Source: a virus (lineage: Duplodnaviria > Caudoviricetes). Taken from it: a stretch of DNA of 64,000 nucleotides. Location: positions 6,881-70,880 of IMG/VR virus record IMGVR_UViG_3300032282_005937, one strand, 5' to 3'. The notes under the pieces are model-generated. The model was not told where the DNA came from, searched no databases, and saw nothing but the letters and a program-made list of their open reading frames with translations. Numbering within the stretch: the first letter of the stretch is position 1; each line of letters opens with the position of its first letter. Positions 48,140 through 57,902 of the stretch are shown here, in pieces. Position numbers and translations under genes: made by a program.

Positions 48140-48789
48140 GCATTTTATTAGGATATGGCCAATCTCCAGATGTTATTAAAAAGTCTTTATGGTGGATATC
48201 AGAAGAATTAAATAATAACCAATATAATGTAATTGTCATAGACGATGGGCAATGCGGTGACATAGCAAAAGAAATGTCTAACTATGTTGCAAGAATATGC
48301 CCAAAAATAATAAGTATAAATAATGCTGCACTTTTAGAACACTATAAAATAGACTCTATAAGAAAAAGCAAAAAGCTTGCTTATGCAATTTGTGAAAAAT
48401 TTTCTTCCAACAAAAGAGTGTACATAAGCCCAAGATCAATATGTTACGGCAAATCTTTTAAATCATTTTGTGATCAAATACAAGATGATAAAGTTATGCA
48501 GATGAGATCATATTTAGTGCCACTATATGTCCAAGAGGCAATAAGTGACTACTCTTCAAATTTTTGTAATTTTTTAGCTAATGAATGTAAAAAATATCCA
48601 ATATATACTGAAAACTATCCTGAGAAAAGTATAGATTATATAACACAATCAACGGTTGATTCATTAAATAACAAAGAAGCATTGTTTTCAGAACATGAAT
48701 GTTTTTATTTGGAACCAAAAGAGCCTGACCCAAAAGAACATCTTGAAACAATAGATCTAGAATTAATAGATAAAATCTTGGAAAATTAA
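48100..48789 (+). CDS. degenerate GT2-like protein
   Basis: VIVIDDG; start uncertain. Confidence 0.4.
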   Translation: MYKCCDGSNKEVLSILLGYGQSPDVIKKSLWWISEELNNNQYNVIVIDDGQCGDIAKEMSNYVARICPKIISINNAALLEHYKIDSIRKSKKLAYAICEKFSSNKRVYISPRSICYGKSFKSFCDQIQDDKVMQMRSYLVPLYVQEAISDYSSNFCNFLANECKKYPIYTENYPEKSIDYITQSTVDSLNNKEALFSEHECFYLEPKEPDPKEHLETIDLELIDKILEN

Positions 48790-49523
48790 TGATAATATAT
48801 AAAGTACCAAAACCAATCTCTATAATTGGAGAGCATTCAACAAAATGCATGACTTTTTCATCATGCAATTTTAGTTATTTAAGCAAGTTTGGGAATGTCA
48901 AATCTTTTTTCATAGATAAAAAAGTAAAATATTTTTACAAAAGATGCTTTAAAAATTATAGCACGATAAAATCAAAGTTATTAAATTTGATAGAATCCGA
49001 TGATTTTCCTTCTTGCTACACATCTATATTTGGAAAATTTAACTATATACACAAAGCTTCAACAATATGGAACAATCTTGAAATAGATAGCTCTAGCGAT
49101 TTTTTTGATAACCTGTTAATCTTTCATGTAAGAAGAAAATATTTTAAATACAATAAAGTAAAATCAATAGAAAATTTTAACACTGGAATTATTCATAAAA
49201 TGGTAGATGATGCTTATAGTGCATATATAGATAATGACTTTAAATTTATGGGAAAGTTAATAGATTCTTATTGGAGAATAAAAACTCAATTAGACCCAAA
49301 TTCTGCAAATGAATTTATTTATAGAATTTATTCTGACTGTAGATTGGCTGGTGCTTGGGGTGGAAAAATGGATGAGAATACAATGATTATTTTAGCACCA
49401 AAAGAAAAACATGAAGAGATATGTACTGTGATGAAAGACCATATAAGATTAAACTCTTCTGTTAACACAACAGGAATAGTAAGAGAGGAACTGTTTAGTG
49501 GAAATAGCAATTGCTGTAAATAA
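48789..49523 (+). CDS. GHMP sugar-kinase-like protein (HddA-like, degenerate)
   Basis: MII...P..IS..G start; GKL...W..K..L and GAWGGK; Gly-rich ATP loops missing. Confidence 0.55.
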   Translation: MIIYKVPKPISIIGEHSTKCMTFSSCNFSYLSKFGNVKSFFIDKKVKYFYKRCFKNYSTIKSKLLNLIESDDFPSCYTSIFGKFNYIHKASTIWNNLEIDSSSDFFDNLLIFHVRRKYFKYNKVKSIENFNTGIIHKMVDDAYSAYIDNDFKFMGKLIDSYWRIKTQLDPNSANEFIYRIYSDCRLAGAWGGKMDENTMIILAPKEKHEEICTVMKDHIRLNSSVNTTGIVREELFSGNSNCCK

Positions 49524-49950
49524 GATTAAAAGAGATCAACTTCTTTTTGATATAAGAAATCAATGTTCAAAACATAACATTGTTGTATATTCAAACAAAG
49601 AGATGTTTCTTAATAAAAGTTTTGGCTTTAGTATACTCACATATTATGACATGTGGTATTCAAATGCTGATTATCATGTGGCTACATGCCTATATTCTGC
49701 TAAAAGTATGTTGTTGAACCCAAAGATTAAAACTGTATATTTTTATGTATGGGATTTAGAGTGGGTTTACGGTGTGCATGAGTACGAAGACATTAAAAAC
49801 ATCTATGCCAATAAGAGAATAGAACTTATTGCAAGAAGTGAAGATCATAGTAAATCGATATATGATTCATGGAACATTAAAGCTAGAATAGCTTATAACT
49901 TTGACTTAGATAACATAGTGGGGGAAAAACATGAAAAAGTTAACATATGA
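49498..49950 (+). CDS. hypothetical protein (GT-associated)
   Basis: YFYVWDLEW, IARS..H. Confidence 0.55.
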   Translation: MEIAIAVNKIKRDQLLFDIRNQCSKHNIVVYSNKEMFLNKSFGFSILTYYDMWYSNADYHVATCLYSAKSMLLNPKIKTVYFYVWDLEWVYGVHEYEDIKNIYANKRIELIARSEDHSKSIYDSWNIKARIAYNFDLDNIVGEKHEKVNI

Positions 49951-50695
49951 ATTTTTGCATAAACATTATGTTGAATTACAACAATCAACTTATGAAATAG
50001 CGGAAGTTTCAGAAACTTATCCTAACAAAATAAGAAGGGCACTAGTTTCATTTGGTATACCCTTAAGGGATAAGTCAGAAGCTCAAGCAAAGGCTTTAGC
50101 CACAGGAAGATGTTTTCATCCAACTAAAGGTAAAAAATTAACAGAAGAAACCAAGATAAAGATAAGTGACTCTATGGCAAATTCTTGGGAATCAATGGAT
50201 AAGACTGAAAGAGAAAGAAGGTCGATTGTTTCTAAGAAAAATTGGGAAGCTATGCCTTTAAGCAAAATTGAAGAAATGCAGAAAAAAGCAGCAGAATCAG
50301 TTAGAGAAGCTGCTGAAAATGGTTCTAAGCTTGAAAAATTTTTAATTAACGGAATAAGAAAAAGTAAAATTAAAGCAGATTTCCATAAAGAATTCTATGT
50401 GATAGGCGAAAGACAACATATTGATATTTATATTCCAGAATACAAAGTTGGAATAGAAGTTGATGGCCCAACACACTTTAAGGCTATTTGGGGAACGGAA
50501 AAATATGAAAAACAATTGAAAAGCGATACTAAAAAAACTGGATTGCTATTGAATTCTGGAATGAAGCTGATAAGAATAAAAAACATAAGCGGTAACAGTT
50601 CTGGTTTTTATATGAGAACTATCTTGAAAAAGCTTCTCGATACGCTAGAATTAATAAAAGAAGGATCATCAGAAGGATTATACGAACTGGAGTAA
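49931..50695 (+). CDS. putative homing endonuclease (NUMOD3 + DUF559/Vsr-like nuclease)
   Basis: KGKKLTEETKIKIS; S.LE; IDI.......IEVDG..H; D..K...L...G..LIRI. Confidence 0.7.
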   Translation: MKKLTYEFLHKHYVELQQSTYEIAEVSETYPNKIRRALVSFGIPLRDKSEAQAKALATGRCFHPTKGKKLTEETKIKISDSMANSWESMDKTERERRSIVSKKNWEAMPLSKIEEMQKKAAESVREAAENGSKLEKFLINGIRKSKIKADFHKEFYVIGERQHIDIYIPEYKVGIEVDGPTHFKAIWGTEKYEKQLKSDTKKTGLLLNSGMKLIRIKNISGNSSGFYMRTILKKLLDTLELIKEGSSEGLYELE

Positions 50696-50697
50696 AA

Positions 50698-51390
50698 ATG
50701 GTTAAGAAAGTAGCAGAAGAATTGCAAGTGGTAGAAGAAAAAATTAACAGCAACAGCCCCGAATGGAACGAACATGTTCTTTCACATTTTCAGCAAGATG
50801 AGCTAGTTGATGGAAACCCAACTGTAGATGGATTAAGGCGAGTTGCTGAACTTTTAATTGGGCCAATCACCTCTGGAAAAGCAAGTGTTGTTCAATCACC
50901 CAATCCAGATAATGATGGGCGATGTGTAGTGTCATACACTGTTATAGTTAAATCCTTAAATGGATCTGACTTAATATTTGAGCAAACAAGCCTAGCAGAT
51001 TGTTATGCTGGAAATTGTGATCCAAGGTTTGCAGTATTTGCATCAGCAGTTGCAGAAACTAGAGCCGAAGGAAGAGCATTAAGAAAATTACTTAGACTAC
51101 GGAAAATAATTGCAGCGGAAGAAGCTGGCCTTGTTCCAGCCGAAGAAAATGGGTCTAACGGAAAAATAACAGCCACTCAAATGAGTTTTATCGAAACTCT
51201 GTGTAATAGGAACGATATAAATGTTCCTGTTTATTTGGGTGACTCAAAAAGCTTCAGCTTTAGCGGTAGGTTGGAGGAAGTTCCTTATAGGTCAGCAGTG
51301 GCTATCATAGCCCATCTATCTGAGCTTCAGCGTAATAATGCATCGATTAACCCTAAGTATAAGGGTTATAACCCCAATTGGAGGAAGTAA
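50698..51390 (+). CDS. putative Rad52/Sak-like ssDNA-annealing protein
   Basis: GLRR..E..G, AVAETRAEGRALR..L, C-terminal IT..Q..FI..L. Confidence 0.45.
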   Translation: MVKKVAEELQVVEEKINSNSPEWNEHVLSHFQQDELVDGNPTVDGLRRVAELLIGPITSGKASVVQSPNPDNDGRCVVSYTVIVKSLNGSDLIFEQTSLADCYAGNCDPRFAVFASAVAETRAEGRALRKLLRLRKIIAAEEAGLVPAEENGSNGKITATQMSFIETLCNRNDINVPVYLGDSKSFSFSGRLEEVPYRSAVAIIAHLSELQRNNASINPKYKGYNPNWRK

Positions 51391-51764
51391 TGAAAGCTAT
51401 TGTACCTTTTAGTATTTGCACTGTAGAAATTGAATGCGAGTCTGTAAAAGATCTTTTTAGAGAAATCGCAACTCTTGCTGAAGTACTCAACGAGGAAAAG
51501 TGTGGTGTCTGTGGTGGAGAAGATGTTGTACCTAAGACAAGAAATGTAGAAAAAAATAAAAAGGTCTACGAATATTTTGAGATGAGTTGTTCTAATCCAA
51601 AATGTAGGGCAAGGTTAAACTTTGGTCAAAAGCAAGACGGTTCTGGAATTTTTCCAGTTCGTAAGCTTGATGCCAATGGCAAGCCAGACCGTGAAAATGG
51701 GTCATACGGCTCGCATAATGGTTGGTCTAAGTACAAGGGCGGTAATGTAGATGAAGTGCCTTAA
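51390..51764 (+). CDS. zinc-binding hypothetical protein
   Basis: CGVC, C....C.A.L.FGQ; GGAGG SD. Confidence 0.6.
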   Translation: MKAIVPFSICTVEIECESVKDLFREIATLAEVLNEEKCGVCGGEDVVPKTRNVEKNKKVYEYFEMSCSNPKCRARLNFGQKQDGSGIFPVRKLDANGKPDRENGSYGSHNGWSKYKGGNVDEVP

Positions 51765-51801
51765 TATCGAATCTATGACAATAGATGATATAAAAGAAGA
51801 A

Positions 51802-51843
51802 CTCCTTTGGCTGAAGGGCTTTGATGCCGATTGGTCAAAGGAG
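51802..51843. terminator. stem-loop at the convergence of the replication and structural modules
   Basis: CTCCTTTGGC...GTCAAAGGAG inverted repeat, long loop, short U tail. Confidence 0.4.
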
Positions 51844-51874
51844 CTTTATAATTTGCTTAAAAAAGAACTATCCG

Positions 51875-52486
51875 TTAGAGATATTCAAGCTCAATCCAAA
51901 GAGCGTACTGAGTCTTAGACCCAATCGTATCTGGACTAGCAGAAAGTGCCAAGTACCAATCATGTCTGCTATCAATAGTGTCAGAACCACTTGGGCTTAA
52001 TCCTGATGTACCAGGAGAATCTGCAAGAGTCATATAACCAGTTCCTGCTGGTGTTGACCAAGTATTGCTTCCAGATCCAATCAAACTTTCATTTGAAGCT
52101 GGATGAATTAGTTCTGCAACTTTGGTAGTAACACCACTTGCTTCATTAGATATGCTTGACCTATCATAAATTCTAAGTTTTGTATTCTGAGTTTTTACCC
52201 CAGTAGAATGGGTAAATCTAACATTTAAAGTAGCAAGACCATTTGCTATTGTTCGTAAGTGCCTTGCAGCACTACCGTTAGGGTATCCAGATGCGGTATT
52301 GTAATATTTTACATTTTTGGCTTTACCGCCATTTGTTGCACCTTGACTATCAGTTATATATGTATCATCTTGGTATTGCCCAACGGCAACAGATGATCCA
52401 AAACCACTAGATCCATAAAAGCCTATACCGCTAGATACAATGTTTTCAAAAGAAGCATCGCCAGCATAAAAGCTAATTGTAGCCAT
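51875..52486 (-). CDS. putative virion structural protein
   Basis: Ser/Gly/Thr-rich; HDWY.A.SASP..IGSK..Y.L..ELEYL end; AGGAG SD. Confidence 0.6.
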   Translation of the reverse strand: MATISFYAGDASFENIVSSGIGFYGSSGFGSSVAVGQYQDDTYITDSQGATNGGKAKNVKYYNTASGYPNGSAARHLRTIANGLATLNVRFTHSTGVKTQNTKLRIYDRSSISNEASGVTTKVAELIHPASNESLIGSGSNTWSTPAGTGYMTLADSPGTSGLSPSGSDTIDSRHDWYLALSASPDTIGSKTQYALWIELEYL

Positions 52487-52507
52487 ATTTTTTCTCCTAT
52501 GTACATA

Positions 52508-52519
52508 ATATTATACACC
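52508..52519 (-). promoter_or_regulatory. GGTGTAT-type putative promoter
   Basis: GGTGTATAATAT upstream of the SD of the 52486 gene. Confidence 0.5.
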
Positions 52520-52553
52520 AGTCATGAGAACATTTTCAAGTTTATATATTTTA

Positions 52554-53810
52554 CTAATTTTGTGTTTCAGTTACGGTTCCAAGAACATAGTCTGAAGAAG
52601 GGTCAAATTCACATTCATATATTGAACAGTCACAAAAATAAAAGTATGATGTTCTATTATTTGTCCAAACTCCATTATATATTACTGTTCCATCATCTAG
52701 TAAGTCAACATTAGATTGATCCATCCCAAATATACTATCTGGAGTAACTTGTGCTACATATCCACAATATTTTGTTCCATCGGGTCGAGTATAATAACCA
52801 CCAAATATATTGCCACAACATGTGTAATTATTGCCATACACTGGTTGACAAGGCCCAGGAGGTGCTTCACATTGAAATCCATACATTCCACTAAAGTTTA
52901 AACCCATACCAAATTGATAACCGCAACTTAAATAAGTAAGTGCGTGTATTTTTTCGGATTTATTATTTACTGAAGAATTAGGCATTATACAATTTTTATA
53001 ATTAAATTCTACATTTCCATCAAAAGAGCCATGTGATTTGCAATAATCTCTTGGGAATTTTATTACTGGATCAGTTACCCAATCCGCTTGTCCTACACAA
53101 GTCCAAGTTGCGTTGTAAGCATCATTTTTGTTACCATCATAACCACATGGATCAACACAATAAAATCTTAATTCTACGCCCCCACTATCTACTCCAACAA
53201 AATATTGACTTGGTATTGTAACAATAAGCATAGCCCCAAGGGGATTGCTCCATTTATTAGAATGAAGAAATACTAACTCACTCCAGTCTGTTAAATCCCA
53301 GTAGTAACGCATATTTTCGTCTTGACGCAAAGTGGCTTTTCTAAATTTTACCCATAATTGACATTCTTTTTTTTTGCTGTCTTGTATTACTTCAAGGTCA
53401 AAAATTGTGATTGGATAATTAGGTGTTACTCCACCTGGAACACCTTGCCAATCTGAAGTATCCCCATTGTAATCTTCAACTCCCCACCCCGAAGAAAGAC
53501 TAGGTAATTTAAATGCAGTTCTACCCCTTCTAGTTTGATTATTATTTGATAGATTTCCTTGAAAATAAATTCTTCCATTTGGAGCATAAGTTGCATTAGA
53601 TGCTACATAACTATAATTTTTTTTATCCCATTTAGCTTCAAACATTGGTTCTGGAAATCTCTTATGTACCCAAGGCAAATAGGCATAGGAGTTAAGAAAA
53701 GAATATCCAAAACCATACGATGTAGATGAATTAGGGTTTGGTGTTGTGTCTGGACCATTAATCATTTTACATGTACAGCCACCACTAGGGGTTTTACAAC
53801 AACATGACAT
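52554..53810 (-). CDS. Cys-rich putative virion/tail-associated protein
   Basis: MSCCC...CTC start, many Cys, located in the tail module. Confidence 0.55.
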   Translation of the reverse strand: MSCCCKTPSGGCTCKMINGPDTTPNPNSSTSYGFGYSFLNSYAYLPWVHKRFPEPMFEAKWDKKNYSYVASNATYAPNGRIYFQGNLSNNNQTRRGRTAFKLPSLSSGWGVEDYNGDTSDWQGVPGGVTPNYPITIFDLEVIQDSKKKECQLWVKFRKATLRQDENMRYYWDLTDWSELVFLHSNKWSNPLGAMLIVTIPSQYFVGVDSGGVELRFYCVDPCGYDGNKNDAYNATWTCVGQADWVTDPVIKFPRDYCKSHGSFDGNVEFNYKNCIMPNSSVNNKSEKIHALTYLSCGYQFGMGLNFSGMYGFQCEAPPGPCQPVYGNNYTCCGNIFGGYYTRPDGTKYCGYVAQVTPDSIFGMDQSNVDLLDDGTVIYNGVWTNNRTSYFYFCDCSIYECEFDPSSDYVLGTVTETQN

Positions 53811-53811
53811 A

Positions 53812-56800
53812 TTAAAACACCTTTATATTATTTTTTTCAAGAGTATCAATCAATTGAACAAACTTTTTAGTCAAAGCTTTAAGTTCTGCTCTTAATAATT
53901 TAACTTCTAAATTTGGAAAACTAGAAGCAACCACAGGGGATGGAGTAGTTACTGTAGTACACTTCATAACTTTAACTTTAGTTACAGAGAGAAAACCAGT
54001 CTCAGGATCACAAGAAACATCTTGAACAACACTTACGCATGGATCTTCTGTTGGTGGACCAGTGGTCGCAGGACCACCAGTAGTCGTAGGACCACCAGTA
54101 GTAGAAGTTCCAGTAGTGCCAGTAGTGCCAGTAGTGCCAGTGGTCGTAGGACAAAGATCTTCTGGATCTGGAGGAATAATTTCTTTTGCAAGTCCATGCC
54201 AAAACCATAGGGTGCTTATGATTGGAACTTCTTGCCCATAACATGTGGCTGTATCTCCAGTGTTATATGCTATCCCTTCACTTAATCCAAATGTTCGTAT
54301 GAAATCTACAGATTTGTGCTCTGGACATAATGTTGTTTTTCCATCATTTTGTCTTAAAACATAGTAAGGGTCTGTTGTGTCTTCTGTTATCTCAAAATCT
54401 GCATAATATTTAAATGCACTATTTTTAACCCCAGTTGTAGTATTATATTTACAAACTTCAAAAGGGAAACCACCAGAATTACATATCATGTTGTATATCT
54501 GATTTTGCACTTTTAAATCATTGTATCTAGGGATTGAACCTTCGCCTTTTATATACCACCTATTGTCGTAAACAGAATATTGTGCAAGAGTTTGGGTGTT
54601 TTTTATTTGGCGTTTACTTGAAAGGTTATACACTTCAACATATTTATCACTTAATAAATCATTAGTGTACATTTGCATAGATGCAGATGAAAGTCTTCCG
54701 GCTGTGTTGCATGTGAAATTGCTTCCTAAAACATCTGATCCAGATTCCACTCTAACAATATCGTGAGAAGTCCATAGTGCTCTTACTGAATCCCATATTA
54801 GATCAACTGGGCCAGTCATTTTATATTCTGCGTTTTCCCAAGGTGCGTTGGCAGGAAGACCATTTGTGTTATAGAATTGATTTGTTAAATTTCCACCAAG
54901 AGCAGGAATGACTTGTCCTGACCAAAGATCTATCCCCCATCCAGAAACCATTAATGGTCCACGAAGAGCAATTGCATTAACATCTATTACTTGACTACCG
55001 CTACCTGTTGCTTGTGATGCATTGCCATATCTATCTGGTTCATTATGGTTATCCCAATAATCATGGTTATAATCCATAAAACAATCAAAATGTGCCAATC
55101 TTTTAAATGGATTATATGTAATGGCTGTTGGAACTTTACCCTGTCTAGGATCAATGTAATTATCTGATCTTTGATATTGATAATCTGGAAAATTTGTAAA
55201 TGTTTGACTAATTAAATTAGAATCTGTTATTGGCCATAGATGTGGAAGAAGATAATTCCCAGTATTATTTCTAAATGGAGAATATAGCGTATCTATTGAT
55301 GCAACTGATTTAGCATTGTCATCAATAAATTCATATTGTTTTTTTCCAATATCCTTCATTGATTCATTTTGTTTATATGATGCACCAAGAACCTTTGTCC
55401 TTGAATACATCCCACCACTAGTTGATGCACCAGCACCAGCATTAGCAAAACCTATACCCATTAAAATTAAAGAATGTGGACTCATTCTGTCGTGTCTTCG
55501 ACCTAAAAAATCTAAAAAGAAAGATCTTATTTTTCCACCCATCTCTGCACGATTTGCAGACTGTTGTCGTGCAATTGTGTCCATATAGGCTTTTAAAATA
55601 TTTCTTCTATCTTCATTTTGTTTTGCTACTTGTTGCTTCATTCTATTTATTACAATTTCTGATGTTACGCCAAATCTTGGCGTGAATGTTCTAAATGAAT
55701 ATTGAGTTGTTACCCCATTGGGTCCATAACTTGCACTAATAGATGTTACAATAGCACCATTCTTAACTAACTCATCTCCAATTTGATGTTCTGGAGCAGA
55801 CACCATTGTCAAACTTCCAGTTTCAAATTTATCAATCGGTTGTATATCTTTTAACTTATCTGCAAAAACCTCACCTAAATTTGCACTTGAACCAAACTCC
55901 CAAGGAGTAAGACTTGAATCATTTTCAACTTTTGTTAATCCACCTTTTCCACTATTTATATACCAAGGACCATAAGCATCATTAGTAGTAGCAGCAAAAC
56001 TTATTGCCATTTTTATTGGAGTAATAGGTAAAAAACCAACTTTAAAAAGTTCAGAAGAACCAATTAATACTGGTCCAAATACTCCAAAAAGCCATCTTGA
56101 TAATATATCATCCCCAAGTTCTGACCTATATTTTTCTTGTTTTATAAAAACTACCGATTGTGGTAAAGAAACATGAACATGCTCTACCCCATTAACCATG
56201 ACATACTTATCAGAAACATTTAATTTTACATAAACATAGTTTCCTTGCACATAACAATCTGCACTTGTATCATCTACTTGATATGTTCCAGGTAATGCCT
56301 CTATAACTGCCCAGTTTTGCAATTTTCCTTTAGGGTCTTTAAATTGTCCTTCAAATATTTCTTTTGGTATGCTTTTAAATGGTCCAGAAGCAGTTTGAGT
56401 TTTATCATACCATCCACTTTGTGTTGGAAGAATATTGTATGTTCCCCTTTGCTCATCTGTTAATGGATCTTGTGGTCCTTTTTTTTCTAATTTATTTCTT
56501 ACTGTTAAACCACCAGTTTTGCTAGTAGCACCATCAATTCCTATATTATTCCCAACTCCTTTAAGATTAGAATCCGTTCCACTATTTACTTGAACTAAAA
56601 ATTGTTTTCCCCAAAAAGTTTCGCAATAACTTTTTAAAAATGAATACAATCTAGCTGCTCTTCTTACACCAATATCATTTTCTTTTTCTGAAAAATATCT
56701 TCTTAATGGAGTTGAACCAGCACCACCATAAGCAGTCCAATAAAAACGATCTGGATTCCAATCTCTTGGTGCTCTTAAAAATACATTTTGATATCTATTC

Positions 56801-57876
56801 GGTTGATAAAGCTCAAGATAAAACTCCCAAGCTTCTTGAGAACCCATAACGCATTGTAGCTCTACTGTATTTGTTAAGTAATAAGTATCTCCATCTATGT
56901 CTTCAATCCCAATAGATGGAATGTTTATGTTTTCCATTACTTCTAAAGTGTAGGGTTGATTTAAAAGGTTATAGCGTGTTAATATTTCATAATTAATTGA
57001 TGTTTGAGCTTTTCCAGTTATGTCAACGCCCCAATAATATTTTATAACAGCATCTGATGCACTTGTTTTATTAAACAATATAGTGTTTTCTTTTGCCCCG
57101 CCCCATACAACAAAATTAGAAGTTACCCCAGTTGCTGCTTCAGATCCAGCATCCCAAGATATTGCTTTTTTATCTTTTGCCATTGTTTTGATGCTGTCTG
57201 AAACTTTTTGATTCGCTGCATCTAATGCAAGAGATTGAATCTTTACTATGAAATTTTTACCTTCTAAAACCAATCTCCAAAGATGACCAGTCACCTCACA
57301 AATTTGTGAAACAACATCTAACAATCCAACTTTTGGCCCAGGTATTCTATAATAATCAGGAAGACCTTTTAATATTGCAGATACATCAACAGTATATTTT
57401 TCATCACCATTTTTAATTGGGCACTTAGCAGACATTGCTGCAACACCAGCAACAAATTTTTTAGCATCCATTCCAGATGAATTAGAATTTGCTGTACCAT
57501 AACCTTGGCTTTCATAATGCCTAAACATATTCCAATAATTATCAACTAAACAATCTTCTTTAACATCTGTTGTTCCATACAAATTTCCAATTATACATTG
57601 AACATTTCTTAAAATTTCTTTACCATCGTTCAATGTTGCTTCATAAGTAATACCACTACTGCTGTGTCTTTCTATAACCCTATCTAAAAAACCAACAAAA
57701 TTAAATCCACCTTTAAAGCTAAAATCTTTAATAGTGCCAATTTTGTAATTTTCTATGGCCTGATCATCTTCGGGAGCCATTTTTATTGTTAAAGTTGAAC
57801 CAGCATCATTCCACCCAACGCTAGATGAAAAATCTATAACTTTAAGACCAAGAAATATTTTAGATTCAAACGCCAT
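53812..57876 (-). CDS. large tail-tip/baseplate-hub-like protein with Thr-rich linker
   Basis: ~1350 aa; follows two tail-like genes and the TMP; TTG repeats and a coiled coil at the C-terminus. Confidence 0.6.
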   Translation of the reverse strand: MAFESKIFLGLKVIDFSSSVGWNDAGSTLTIKMAPEDDQAIENYKIGTIKDFSFKGGFNFVGFLDRVIERHSSSGITYEATLNDGKEILRNVQCIIGNLYGTTDVKEDCLVDNYWNMFRHYESQGYGTANSNSSGMDAKKFVAGVAAMSAKCPIKNGDEKYTVDVSAILKGLPDYYRIPGPKVGLLDVVSQICEVTGHLWRLVLEGKNFIVKIQSLALDAANQKVSDSIKTMAKDKKAISWDAGSEAATGVTSNFVVWGGAKENTILFNKTSASDAVIKYYWGVDITGKAQTSINYEILTRYNLLNQPYTLEVMENINIPSIGIEDIDGDTYYLTNTVELQCVMGSQEAWEFYLELYQPNRYQNVFLRAPRDWNPDRFYWTAYGGAGSTPLRRYFSEKENDIGVRRAARLYSFLKSYCETFWGKQFLVQVNSGTDSNLKGVGNNIGIDGATSKTGGLTVRNKLEKKGPQDPLTDEQRGTYNILPTQSGWYDKTQTASGPFKSIPKEIFEGQFKDPKGKLQNWAVIEALPGTYQVDDTSADCYVQGNYVYVKLNVSDKYVMVNGVEHVHVSLPQSVVFIKQEKYRSELGDDILSRWLFGVFGPVLIGSSELFKVGFLPITPIKMAISFAATTNDAYGPWYINSGKGGLTKVENDSSLTPWEFGSSANLGEVFADKLKDIQPIDKFETGSLTMVSAPEHQIGDELVKNGAIVTSISASYGPNGVTTQYSFRTFTPRFGVTSEIVINRMKQQVAKQNEDRRNILKAYMDTIARQQSANRAEMGGKIRSFFLDFLGRRHDRMSPHSLILMGIGFANAGAGASTSGGMYSRTKVLGASYKQNESMKDIGKKQYEFIDDNAKSVASIDTLYSPFRNNTGNYLLPHLWPITDSNLISQTFTNFPDYQYQRSDNYIDPRQGKVPTAITYNPFKRLAHFDCFMDYNHDYWDNHNEPDRYGNASQATGSGSQVIDVNAIALRGPLMVSGWGIDLWSGQVIPALGGNLTNQFYNTNGLPANAPWENAEYKMTGPVDLIWDSVRALWTSHDIVRVESGSDVLGSNFTCNTAGRLSSASMQMYTNDLLSDKYVEVYNLSSKRQIKNTQTLAQYSVYDNRWYIKGEGSIPRYNDLKVQNQIYNMICNSGGFPFEVCKYNTTTGVKNSAFKYYADFEITEDTTDPYYVLRQNDGKTTLCPEHKSVDFIRTFGLSEGIAYNTGDTATCYGQEVPIISTLWFWHGLAKEIIPPDPEDLCPTTTGTTGTTGTTGTSTTGGPTTTGGPATTGPPTEDPCVSVVQDVSCDPETGFLSVTKVKVMKCTTVTTPSPVVASSFPNLEVKLLRAELKALTKKFVQLIDTLEKNNIKVF
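54057..54150 (-). repeat. coding tandem repeats (CCAGTAGTG x3 at 54110-54136; GGACCACCAGTAGT x2)
   Basis: Encodes PTTTGTTGTTGTTGTSTTGGPTTTGGPATTGP. Confidence 0.9.
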
Positions 57877-57902
57877 TTTTAAACCCGCCAATAAAATTGT
57901 TT

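Noticed and set aside
51775-51918. 47-aa ORF across the convergent gap
   Set aside because: No SD, overlaps the end of the opposite-strand gene and the stem-loop; insufficient support.
54057-54150. Short repeats as a CRISPR array or DGR repeat
   Set aside because: They are in-frame 9- and 18-bp coding repeats without spacers; no reverse transcriptase in the window.
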